The notes beneath the pieces are model-generated. The model saw only the letters and a list, made by a program, of their open reading frames with translations, was not told the origin of the DNA and did no database searches. Positions 12,131-22,643 of a DNA stretch of 64,000 bases are shown here, piece after piece. The translations under genes and the position numbers were made by a program. Source of the stretch: Azolla caroliniana (Eukaryota; Plantae; Polypodiophyta); NCBI GenBank assembly GCA_043228905.1, contig JBHGNT010000007.1, positions 16,182,001 through 16,246,000 on the forward strand, in the 5' to 3' direction. Position 1 is the first letter of the stretch. Every line of letters starts with the position of its first letter.

Positions 12131-12165
<35 letters not shown>
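12131..12165 (+). repeat. Poly(A) tract (35 nt) between the pol stop and ORF2
   Basis: Seen directly. Confidence 0.95.
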
Positions 12166-12166
<1 letters not shown>

Positions 12167-12194
12167 ATCATTAAAAATCGAGGTATGAACGGGT

Positions 12195-15173
12195 GTGAAA
12201 GCGAGGCGCGAAAAGGTACGTAGTGGGCATTTAAGAGACGCCACGCTACTTAATACTAAATGGGTACACGACGTGTGCATGCTCGAAAAAGGCGCCAAAA
12301 CGCACAAAGAAGAAGCAGAACGCATGGAGACCTTTTCATTTCGCGAGCCAAGAAGCACAGAAGCACCAAGACAGTGGAAGCTGAGCAAACGCGAACCTGC
12401 ACGCAGAGAACCTCCGCGCTCAGAACGCTCTCTCTCTCGCTCTCACTCTCATCACCACTCTACCTCGCCATCTTCCCTCGACCTTGAAGCAGACATGGAA
12501 CCCCAAACGCTGTCGGAAGCGGCGAGGAAATGGTTCAGGCAAAACGGACTGGAGGGGTTCTTGGCCATCATGGAGGCACCGCCGCACAGAGAAGCCGACC
12601 GGGTCATCAAGGAGCTCGCCACAGAGGTCATCACCGAGGAAGCGATCCGCGCGCTAACAGGCCTTCCGGAGGGAGGAATCTTTCAGATCGATAACCCAAC
12701 CTCGGAGCAACTCACCCGATATTTCGGTGAGTACTCTGTTGCCGGCAAAGGCTATCGGACGCAGGGCGGCGAAGATCCGCTATTCAGGGAGATAGCTCGA
12801 GTGCTGCATGAGTACGGTCACGTGTACCCCCGACCCCCTGTCATGCCAAAAAATCGGGCAGGGATGATCATAGCCACATATGAAGGGGTCAAGGTGGACT
12901 GGCCGGTGTTGATTGCAGACGGGCTGTGCATGGCAATCGACATGGTACGAGGGAAGGACGGCAAGGAGGGCCGGAAGCTGTGGCACGCCGTAGCTCAATG
13001 GATAACATTGCTCGTGCCGCCGGTGGAGACCGTCCAGCCAAAGAAGCGGCCAAGAGTATCGGAAGGGAGCACCTCGAAGTCGGCGTCCAAACGACAGCAG
13101 CTGCTGGCGTCGAAGGCGACGAAAGGGAAGAAACGGGCCCCAGAACCGGAGGAGGTGTCACCGGTCCGACCCGTCAAAATAACCTTACGGAGACCAGGAC
13201 AGAAGGAACCGGAACCCTTGACGGCACAGAAACATGCCGTGACACAGGAAGAGGAAACGGAGGAGCCAGAAGAGCACCTCCAACGACGGTCAAGAAGTAG
13301 GACCGCCGAGGCAGGAGGGGAGCGGTCGTACCCGCGAGAGGCAGAGACGCCCCCAACTCAACCTGAGCAAACCACAAGGGAAGAACCGGAACCGGTACGT
13401 AGGGAACCGGTCTTGTCGACTTCTATAGAAGAAGTCAGTCCAACGGCTCCGGAGACGGCGAGAACCGGAACTCAACAGCCGGCGAGCCCAGCCAGAGCAC
13501 ACGGCGGCCAAGGAGTAGAACCAGAACGGCATATGCAGGCAATCAGGCCAGACAATTCCACGATGAATGAGGCGACTCGACCAGTACAGCAACAGGGCAC
13601 CAGTAGCATGTGGCTACGGTGGGTAGGCGAGCAAATCGCCGGAGTGGTCGAGTATATAGAGGCGGAAGAGAGAACGCACCAGGAACGGTTGCTCGTCACA
13701 ACCGTAGATCTAGAGACAGCCCGGTCCAGAATCCGGAGCCTTGAAGAAGACTTGGACAGGATCACAAGGGAAACACAAGTCCAAGCACCGGTGACTCCGG
13801 GCAATGTACAGAATAAAGTATCAAATCAACCTGTACATAGCAATCAGACCCCGGCAACGGAAACCGTTCCGGAGAGAAATGCGGCACAAGCCCAAGAGCT
13901 TGCGGATTTAAAGGATGAGCTTGCTGCCCAAGAAGCGCTGAGGAGCCGCGAAAGAGAATTGAAGACGGCAGCGGAGGCAGAACTCAAAAAGACTGCTGAG
14001 AATCTACGCCGGGCCGAGGAGAGCTTACGGAAAGGCCACCAAGCTTACGACCGGCTCAAGGAGGAAAAGGAGAAAATGCTGCAAGAGAAGGACAAGCTCC
14101 GGAGGAACGCCGAAACAGAAGTAGAGCGCCTGAAAGAGGAACTCCGGCAGGTAAAGGACCGGGAGGACCGGAACAATCGCCAGATCAACGGCAAGCTCAA
14201 ACAAAAAACGGAGGAATTTGAGCAATTGCACCGGGAGTATAAACGGTTGCAAACGGAGCACAAGGAACGGACGGATGAGCTCCGGCAAGCAGTTGATCGG
14301 ACCGCAACCGCATTCGCCAAGGAACAAGCGGAAAACAGAAGACGGTTGGAAGAGGCGGAGAAGGTTCGGACAGAGCTCCTCAGGCAACAGCAGGCGGAAA
14401 AAGAAAGAGCGGCGGAGGTACTGCAGAGGCTGCAAACGACATATCAAGGGCAGCTGACGCGCTACCGAGAGCAGGCGGAGGATACGTCAAATCTCATCAA
14501 GCAGCTGAAGGAGGAGCGACAAGTGGTGGAAAGCAGAGCACAAATGGGAGCAAGTCGCATCCAAGATATCATGCGGGCCTGGTTGAACCAGACCAAGAGC
14601 TTGATCGACAACGGCTCCGTCAAATGGTGGACCAAGTGGGCCACGGACGCGGCGGAACTCCAATTGCTCCGGGCCGACGTAGAGAACCGGCGAAAGGAGG
14701 GAGATGATTGCTATATGCTGACTTCCGAGGACTTCACCGGCATAAGAGATGAGCTTGCCGAAGACTTTCAAGCCTTGGCAGAGGACCAACTAGAGCAAGT
14801 CCGGCAACTTGTAGCTCAGCTAGACGACGACAGGCTGGAGGCGCAGATCCAGTTTGAAAGCTACGAGAGGTCCCGGATCCGGGGAGAGAAAGAACGAGAA
14901 CCAGTTACGGTCAACCTCAGTGATGAGGAACCGTTACTGGAAGGAGACCGGACCGGAAGCAGTCAAACGGAGATGCAGGAGCCAGAGAGACAAACTGAGC
15001 AGCCGGAGTCAGCGAAACAAATGGAGCAGCAGCAGCAAGCAGAGCAGCCGGAGCAACCTCAGTCACAACCGCAATCACAGCAGCAGCAGCAAGCACAGCC
15101 GCAACAACCACAACCGAAAGAACAAGCGGAAATTCTTGAACCAAGTATTTTGGACAATTCGGGTGAACAATGA
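12195..15173 (+). CDS. Extra ORF2 in the 'env position' of the Athila/Tat-like element: N-terminal globular domain, long coiled coil, Q/P-rich tail. True start is probably a downstream ATG (12279, 12324 or 12495)
   Basis: A 992-codon open frame ends 52 nt before the 3' LTR. ITEEAIRALTGLP...GVKVDWPVLI resembles plant retrotransposon accessory (Transposase_32 / Athila ORF-like) domains, by recollection. It has a heptad-rich E/K/R/Q region. A homologous remnant lies at 52837-54260. Confidence 0.85.
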   Translation: MKARREKVRSGHLRDATLLNTKWVHDVCMLEKGAKTHKEEAERMETFSFREPRSTEAPRQWKLSKREPARREPPRSERSLSRSHSHHHSTSPSSLDLEADMEPQTLSEAARKWFRQNGLEGFLAIMEAPPHREADRVIKELATEVITEEAIRALTGLPEGGIFQIDNPTSEQLTRYFGEYSVAGKGYRTQGGEDPLFREIARVLHEYGHVYPRPPVMPKNRAGMIIATYEGVKVDWPVLIADGLCMAIDMVRGKDGKEGRKLWHAVAQWITLLVPPVETVQPKKRPRVSEGSTSKSASKRQQLLASKATKGKKRAPEPEEVSPVRPVKITLRRPGQKEPEPLTAQKHAVTQEEETEEPEEHLQRRSRSRTAEAGGERSYPREAETPPTQPEQTTREEPEPVRREPVLSTSIEEVSPTAPETARTGTQQPASPARAHGGQGVEPERHMQAIRPDNSTMNEATRPVQQQGTSSMWLRWVGEQIAGVVEYIEAEERTHQERLLVTTVDLETARSRIRSLEEDLDRITRETQVQAPVTPGNVQNKVSNQPVHSNQTPATETVPERNAAQAQELADLKDELAAQEALRSRERELKTAAEAELKKTAENLRRAEESLRKGHQAYDRLKEEKEKMLQEKDKLRRNAETEVERLKEELRQVKDREDRNNRQINGKLKQKTEEFEQLHREYKRLQTEHKERTDELRQAVDRTATAFAKEQAENRRRLEEAEKVRTELLRQQQAEKERAAEVLQRLQTTYQGQLTRYREQAEDTSNLIKQLKEERQVVESRAQMGASRIQDIMRAWLNQTKSLIDNGSVKWWTKWATDAAELQLLRADVENRRKEGDDCYMLTSEDFTGIRDELAEDFQALAEDQLEQVRQLVAQLDDDRLEAQIQFESYERSRIRGEKEREPVTVNLSDEEPLLEGDRTGSSQTEMQEPERQTEQPESAKQMEQQQQAEQPEQPQSQPQSQQQQQAQPQQPQPKEQAEILEPSILDNSGEQ

Positions 15174-15899
15174 AGGGGCCGAGAAGGGTTCGACGTACAA
15201 GGTACTGTCCCACGGGCGTGCCATGTGTTACCGGCCGGCAAGGAGTCCAAAATACGGAATTAATTATATATGGTTGTAAATGAGGATAGTGTGGACGGAC
15301 GGACTGGAAACGGTATGCCGTTCCAGATCCGGACGGATCCCGAATAGGTGCGAGGGGCACCGTTTTGTACTACGGGCCGGAAACCTATTTAAAGGCCCGG
15401 ACCCTATTGTAATGACAGCGGATAATTAATAGAGCTTATGATGTTTGTACTTCTGTCTTGATTTCCGTTCTGTAATCACTGTTATATCTTACGCGTGTAA
15501 TTAACCAAGCAATCTAATCGTGTAACCTACGTAAGTCGGTGTAATCGTTGAATCTTAATCCTATGCCGTAATCACCCTTTGGTGAAGTGTCTCCGTGACA
15601 CCTTGTGTTAGGCCTTGTCCGGCTAAGCGAATAACAGCACACAGGGGAGCAAGATGGAGATTCTGTCGGAAGCTCACGGGCGTTCCACGGAGCAGAATCA
15701 GCCTCCTGAGAACCTGCGCAAAAGAAAGCTATGGAGAGAAGAAGAGCTCGGTCCCAGTCCGACAGCACTTCGTCCCCTCCAGCGCGTGATACCTTCTCTC
15801 CCCGTCTCCCTCTCTTTTATAGCTCAAGGAGGGAGGCCGTCTTACCCGTTTACATCACATTAATTCTCTGTCCTTTCGGACAGAGATACTCCTCGATTC

Positions 15900-16689
15900 T
15901 GACGGGAACTTGTCGTTCCTTATGCGCAAGACTCGGCCACAACCGAGATTCTTTTCATACACAAAAAACGGGAAATAGAACACGACACAAAGAAGAGAAA
16001 TGGTACACAGGAGGTTAACGTGGAAAACCCCAAACTAGGGGAAAAACCACGGCAGCCCACAGGCTGCAAACTGTCACTACATATGAATGTACAAATCAGT
16101 GAGTACACGGAAGCAACGACCTCGGACTCACGATCTTCGCCACAGGCGGCGGTTACAATAGAGGCAACGACCTCGTTCTCTCTCTCTCTCTCTCTCTGTA
16201 CAGTTACGCGCTCTCTCTTCTTCTTGCACCAACAAGGGAAAAAGAAAATAACAGCAACTAACAACTACTAAAGGTTTGCCCTAAGTCATATTTATACTAA
16301 TATGACTTTTCGGCTATTTACAAATGTAGTCAAAATGGGCTCTCAGAAACATATTTACGAATATGTCTCTTCCTCCAGTTCATACCGGTTCTGCACCATC
16401 CGGCTCTCCGTAGCCGGGTACTCCTCATCCGGTTCACACCGGGCCTGCACCATCCGGCTCTCCGTAGCCGGGTACTACTCATCTGGTTCACACCGAGCTT
16501 GTATCATCCGGCTCTCCGTAGCCGGGTACTCCTCATCCGGTTCACACCGAGCCTGTATCATCCGGCTCTCCGTAGCCGGGTACCGGGTACTCCTCATACT
16601 GTTTCGGCCTCGGCCTATCAGCCTCGGCCGAGTTTGTTCGTCGGCACTGTTCTTCTCCCTTCCCATCCGGAGGGACCTGTCTCCCAACA
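15900..16689 (-). mobile_element. Solo LTR, probably Ty1/copia-type, inserted in the 3' LTR of A2
   Basis: Minus strand TGTTGGGAG...CCCGTCA. 5-bp TSD GATTC (15895-15899 / 16690-16694). Absent from the sister LTR at ~23080. Confidence 0.85.
16376..16583. repeat. 54-bp tandem repeat (~3.5 units) in the solo LTR, each with a CCGGCT...AGCCGG hairpin
   Basis: Units start at ~16395, 16449, 16503, 16557. Confidence 0.9.
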
Positions 16690-16909
16690 GATTCTCCCTA
16701 TAGAATATTGCTACCTAGAATTTGACATTTGTGCCTACCTATCTACTGTACAACAAGGGGCGTGCCCACGTGTAAGGGCCGGTTCACTGACGCTATACAC
16801 GGTTTGCGCCTAGGGACGGTTTTCTTCACGACATCCCTCTCCACCTAACCGCGCATTCACCGGTATGCGCCAAAATTGGGTTCCTACTGGAGAAAACCGA
16901 TCCTTGCTT

Positions 16910-19900
16910 TTATTCCTCGTTTACCGGTTCGTCCTCTGCCTCGGGCTGCTGGTCGTTGCTGTCCGTGCCCCCTAGCTCCGGCTCACCATCGTGTCGTTTC
17001 TTGAACGCTTTGATCCTCTTCCCCACTACCGGTATCGCCATTCTCGTACCATCGAGCTCCACGAGATGGTACATCCCATTGTCGTTGGCGCCTGTTACTA
17101 CGTAAGGCCCGAACCACCTCCTCGCGAACTTCCACGTGGCCTTGTGCTGATTGTCGAGGCTTTTGTCGTAGACTAGCACCCAGTCACCTTCCTCGATCTT
17201 CCTTGGCCGGAGCTGGTGTGTTCGGTTGAACCGGGCTTTGTTCCTTATCCTCGCTACCCGAAGTTTCTCCGCGGCTCGCTCTACGTCCTCCGGCCTCCGC
17301 TCGAGCTGTCGAATCCGCGCCGCCAACAGTTCCTCCCGGCTCATCTCATCCCTCCAGTCCACCGTGGCCCACGAGGAGATCGTTCGCTCTGTTGGCATGA
17401 TCGGCTTCTGTCCGAACATAAGCTCTGCCGGCATGAACCCGGTTACCGACTGTGCGTAGTCCGGTCCACCCACAGGGCATAAGGTAGCAGCCGTGGCCAG
17501 TTCCCGACTTGGCCTCCGCACGCCCGAACTAGCGCTTTGACAATCAGCCCGTGTCCGCGCTCTACCTTCCCGTTCGCCTCCGGATTGTACGCTATGGTGA
17601 GCGAAAGTTTGACTCCTAGCCGGTCGAACAGCTCTTCGGCCTCTTCTGCGTCCAACTCACCACGGTCAGCCACGATCTTCCCTACACACCCGTATCGACA
17701 TACCACGTCCTCAATCAAAAACCGACACACGGCTGCAGTCATCTTGTTCTGCAGGGCTCGGCCTTCAACCAGGTTCGTTAGATCCTCCCGAGCCAGCACC
17801 AGATACCGCATCTGTCCTACCCCCATTGGCATCGTCACCGAATCCACCATCCACTTGAAGTGGACGGTCGGAGGGTAGGTCGGGTGAAGCTCGTCTCGGT
17901 GTCGGATCATGGAGTGCACCTGACAGCTTTCGCAAGTCACCACGAACCGATGCACGTCCCGATATAGTCCCGGCCACCAGTACTTCCCCTTTAGCTTTGT
18001 GAACGTGGCCCACGTTCCACGGTGTCCTGCCCAAGGACTGTCGTGGTACGCCGCCAGCAAATCCTCCTGTTCCTCCTTCTTCGCCACTACTCGGAGCGGG
18101 ATGTCGTTCCTCTTCTTCGGGTGCTTCCATATGTACCCGTCCCGGAGAAAGAATCGGTACGCTTTCTTCCAAATCCGGTTGGCCTCATCCTTTGTCCATG
18201 CCGCGTCCGGTGTCATTGTTTTCAGGAACCCGCTGATCTGCAGCCACTCCCCGTTGTACCTACTCTTGTCGAAATCGTTAAGCATTGGAGTGCATTCCCT
18301 GCCGGTTGTTACATAAGCCACCTCGAAGAAGTCCACGCCGACTTCCTCGTCCTCCGAAACCATGCCGCCCTCGTTTTCGAACCTCGCCCTTGAAAGCATG
18401 TCGGCCATGGCATTGTCTTTCCCGGAAATGTGTCGTATTTCCGGATTCAGGGACTTGATGTACGCTATCCACCTGAGCATTGCCAGGTCCGGCGTCGCGC
18501 ATCCAGAAACCATGCCGAGAATTGGCAGGCAGTCCGTCTCGATAATTACCTCTGTCCCGATCAAGTAGTCTTTATCGGCCTTTACCGCCGAAACGATACC
18601 CCAGAGCTCTCGGTAAACCTGGTCGTATCCTCGTTGTCGCTCCCTGAGGACCTTCGCGCCAAACCGGATCGGGAAACGCATGCCGTCCTCGTCCTCTTGG
18701 TTGACGACCCATCCGATCCCGGTCGGACTTGTGTCTACCATTACGTAAATTGGAGTGTTCTTTCCGTAGACAGCCTTTCAGAGCGCCGGAGCTGCGGCAA
18801 GTGCTTCCTTCATCTTTCGGACAGACTCCGTATGCTTGTCTCTCCACTCGAATTTTCGCCCCTTTTTCAGCAACCCGTATAACGGCTCCGCGACGTGGGC
18901 GTAATGTGGGATCCATATGTGGTAGAACGCGCATGCTCCCAAGAACCTACGAACCTCCGTGACCGAGCTATAGTCGTGCTTCATCGCGGAGATGGCTTCT
19001 ACCTTAGCCAGAGATGGTTTCCGGCTGTACGACCCGTATAGGTGTCCGACGACCATGATCTCTGATTGCCCGAAGGCTGATTTTTCCCCGAAGAAGATGA
19101 GCCTCGCGCCCTCTAACCTCTGCAGCACCTTCTCGCAGTCATTGATGTGCGTCGCCACGAATTTCCGGCATCCATCCGGTCCGATCGTCTCGTCCCTTGC
19201 TTCCACCGGGCATCCCTTGATCGGGACGTCATCCAAAAACGGCATGGTGATGTCCGGGATACAATCCCTCAGCACCTTGTTCATTGCGTTCACCATGTGT
19301 GCCACCGAGTTCGTCCCTCCTTGCGGCAGGGTACACATCTGTACTAGGCCGAGAGGAGTTCGCATTGTCGTGATGTCTCTACTCTCTATGGCTAGCTGGA
19401 ACTGATCGTACCCCGAGTAGAGATCACCGACCGAGTAAATCGACCTTCCGGTGAAGGCCTCCGCGAACTCGTCTATTGGCGGTCCAATTCCTGCGTTTCG
19501 AATGGTCACCTCGTTGACCGGTTGCAAGTCTTGAATAAAGCGCAGCGTGCCGTTCTTCTTCGGCACCGTAAGCCACCGATTCGAATACGGGGCACTCGAC
19601 GGTTCGAGAATGCCCATCTCCACCTTTTGCTTTAGGAGCTCCATCAACTTCGGGATGTGAGCTCTTGGCATTGGAATCGGCTTGAGATTCCACAGTACAT
19701 GCGGTACCGTGAAGATCACCATCGGTTCGACAACTGTCCGGTCTACGCACCCGATCTCCTCTGGCGAGAATGTGAAAGCCATCCCGTGCCCCCCGAGCAT
19801 TCTCCGAAACCGGTCCTCCTCCTCCGGCAGTAGGAAGCCGCCCCCACCGACCTTGAGCTCCCGTAGCATTAGGTCGGTGAACCAGTGCCCTATGCCAGCC

Positions 19901-20403
19901 GGATTGCGTAAGCTTGGGTCTGACGCGACCCCTTTTATCCGCTCCTCACTGCCCTCCGGCAAGGGTGTCGCGACTGGCCTCACCTTCCGGTCCACAGTCT
20001 TGTATCTCGTGCTCACCCGGACCGTCCGATCCAACTCGAGCCCTTTACTGAAGTCCGCGATGACTTCGTACATCCTTTCCGAACATACCGGAACCGTCCA
20101 GTCCTTTTTAAGGAGTCCTCCGACTACCTCTCGCGGCTCCCCCAAGGTATCGTCAAAAGAGACCGCCTCCACGGCTCCGTTGATTTCCTCTCCAGGGCTG
20201 AGGATACCCCACGCCCGAAGTCGCTCCTCCACCCTTTTCTTCTTCCGGCCAACGACGTCGACTATCGTACACCTTCCGTTGTCGGAGAACCAAAATTTCC
20301 TACTCATAGTACAGGTCTTCTTCGCTATCATACACTTGTGGGGTTTTCCCGGAGTGTCCGGACTATCGCGGCCCCACGCCTTGATAGCCCTCTTCAAAAA
20401 TCC
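16910..20403 (-). pseudogene. pol (RT-RNase H-integrase) of A2, frameshifted
   Basis: LRFIQDLQPVN, LPQGGTNSV, FLDDVPIKG, VDTSP, GHRG...CESCQ, NGKVERGH, RRWFGPY. Confidence 0.92.
20338..20403 (-). promoter_or_regulatory. -1 programmed ribosomal frameshift signal (G_GAU_UUU plus predicted pseudoknot) between protease and RT; second copy at 26702-26767
   Basis: The gag-PR frame ends ...GAG GAT TTT TGA (EDF*). The -1 frame opens into the RT ORF. After a 6-nt spacer comes stem GGGCTATC/GATAGTCC, whose loop TGGGG pairs with downstream CCCCA. Conserved in element B (GDF*). Confidence 0.8.
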
Positions 20404-22498
20404 TCCCGGCTTTCGCCCCCGAGGGTCTAGCGGTTCCTCTCATGGTTCGGTCTCACCATCAGGAACTAGACCGAGTGACGCCCATCCTGGCTCTTGACCC
20501 TCGCATAGGCCGAGCCGTTGTCCAGCACCTTGGTCTCCATCCGTGCTACCGTGATGTACGGTTCTCCTAGTATAACCGGATGTGAGGACGTCTCCTGCAC
20601 GAAGAAGTGCTGGTCAATCTCGACATCGCCGATCTTTACTCGTACATTCGGGTAGGCTCCATGCAGTTCTTCGGTGCCACGCGTCGCTGCCCGTATCTTC
20701 CACCCGTGCTTGGTGTTGATCGGCCATTTCCCCTTCTTGTAGAAGTCCATGGACATCAAATTGATTTCTGAACCGTGGTCCACCAACGCCACCACCGGTT
20801 CATGAACATCTCCGATCTTCACGGGGGTCTCTGTAGTCGCTCTGGCCCAGTGCGGCCTCGAATAGTGGCTCTCCGCCAACTCGTCTTCCAACGCCATGTC
20901 CTCTATGTGCGTCGTTCGCACCTCTACCGGCTTCTCCGGTTCTTCCTCCGTCGACAGCCTCTTCCTCTTCACCAAGTCTACGATGGAGTCATGGAACTCC
21001 TTCTTGGCGATCCCGAGCGCTTCCCTTAGCAACAGTTCCACCTTGCTATCGAGGATTCATTCTTCCAGGATCTTTCGCAGGTCTGTGGTTCTTTCGATTT
21101 CTGTGCCCAGCCGGTACCCGCCCCTCTTGGGATTATCCCGGGCGCCGGTTACACCGGCCTCATTCCGCCTTTGCCCGAACCGAGTTTCATATCGTTGCGA
21201 GGGCCCGGCCCCTCCGGTTTTCCCTACCCGCTTGTCCTCCACCAGAGCCTCTTAGTTTTGACAAGCAGCTTCGACGAAGCCCGTCTTTTCTTCCACCGGA
21301 TCACTCCATCCGGTTACCTCCCGGACCCGTTTTTCCGCGCGGTCCGCCTCTTCTTTCCGTAGTCGTGCGCCGGCGAGGCCTTCTAGCATCGTCGGCCACA
21401 ACCCGGTTTTGTTCGTCTTTGGGGCCTCGCCACCTCCGACCCGAACACCAGTTGACGCCGAGTAGTGGACGGTCTCCGCGTGACAAGCCGCCGCCTCCTC
21501 CATTAGCCTTTTATACCTCCCCGCCCGACATTCAGGTCCAGGGCCCTTCGGGTCTCGCTGGCGTGCACCCGACCGTTCCACAGGTACACCACGTTGCTTC
21601 TCATCGCCTCGGCGAAGTCCCCGCAATCTTTCCGGATGTGGCCAACCGCGTCACACCACATGCACCTGTTTCCAGCCAGAGGTCGTCGGTCACGGCCCTG
21701 TTCGCCACCGTCCCTCCGTGCCTGGGCGATCGTCAGTTCCTCCAGAGCTGCTCCCCCGGACGAGCCCTTGACCATGCCGGTCGAAGCCGATCCGGTCTCG
21801 AGCCAATCTCGGGTCTCTTCCCCTCGCATTGGTGGTGTTGGCTCGTGCTTCCTTTCTACGACAGAGCCCGCCCTCGTTGATCCTTTGTCAACCCATTCCC
21901 GCCATTTGTCGAAACGGCAACAAACCCTCTTCACCACGGCCCAGTCAGCCGTCAGCCCGTCATCAGTCTCCAATAGGAGGCCTACTTGCTCCCGATCCCG
22001 CTCGTCAACTGACTTAACAAACAATAGGACACGACTTGTGTCCAGAATGGTCCGATCAAGCACCGAGAGGCACGCGAAGCGTTCCTCAAACTCCCGGAGG
22101 AGCACCGACGCGTTCCTTCCTTTGTCGGGGGTCTCCACCCACTCCATGAAGTCCCGCTTCCAAAGTCGAAGCGCATCTTCAAGCCCGTATTTTTCGAGGA
22201 GCCGACCTTCGAACTCCTCCCAGGTCTGGCTCTCGGCCCCTACCTCGAGCACCTCCGTATGGATGCCCGGTATCGCCACTCGAGGGAATCCGGCTAGACG
22301 CCTCTCTTCCGGAATGTCCCTCATTACCATCTCAGCCCAGTAGGACGCCAAGTAGTTCGTGGCATCCTTCCCACTAAACCGGCCGATCGTACCGACAACC
22401 GCCTCAATAGCCCTATCAAGGGCGCCGGTGCCTTCGCACGCACTCACTATACGGTCCACAGCCGAAGCCATGGCTTCTGTGAGGTCCGACCCCCTCAT
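20394..22498 (-). pseudogene. gag-protease ORF of A2 (disrupted)
   Basis: MRGSDLTEAM start, CMWCDAVGHIRKDC knuckle, protease ALVDHGSEIN...VILGEPY. Confidence 0.88.
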
Positions 22499-22612
22499 CT
22501 TCTACTCCTCTGCCACCTGTTCACATCGGGTTCACCAAATATATCGCGTTGTTACGCGCGTGCGTGGAGAACAAGGCGGGACCACTAGGGTCTTGGACCG
22601 AGGAATAGGTGA

Positions 22613-22643
<31 letters not shown>

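Larger units (their letters stand above)
5741..15636 (+). mobile_element. Intact, very young non-chromovirus Ty3/gypsy (Athila/Tat-like) element with an extra ORF; LTRs 5741-6234 and 15226-15636
   Basis: TG...CA LTRs that look identical by eye apart from an 83-bp duplication. 5-bp TSD GCACA (5736-5740 / 15637-15641); the empty site is visible in the sister LTR at ~22820. Uninterrupted ORFs. Confidence 0.96.

Noticed and set aside
12195-15173. ORF2 as a true envelope protein or a captured host SMC/myosin gene
   Set aside because: No evident signal peptide, TM helix or ATPase motifs; similarity would only reflect generic coiled coil. It has a positional homolog in a related element.
16376-16583. 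Regular repeats with hairpins as a CRISPR-like array (also 49010-49880)
   Set aside because: The units are contiguous tandem repeats without unique spacers, there are no cas genes, and the context is a eukaryotic LTR.
19682-22343. Long plus-strand ORFs (271 aa, 249 aa) and similar short ORFs throughout
   Set aside because: Antisense shadows of GC-rich gag/pol or microsatellite translations with no recognisable motifs.
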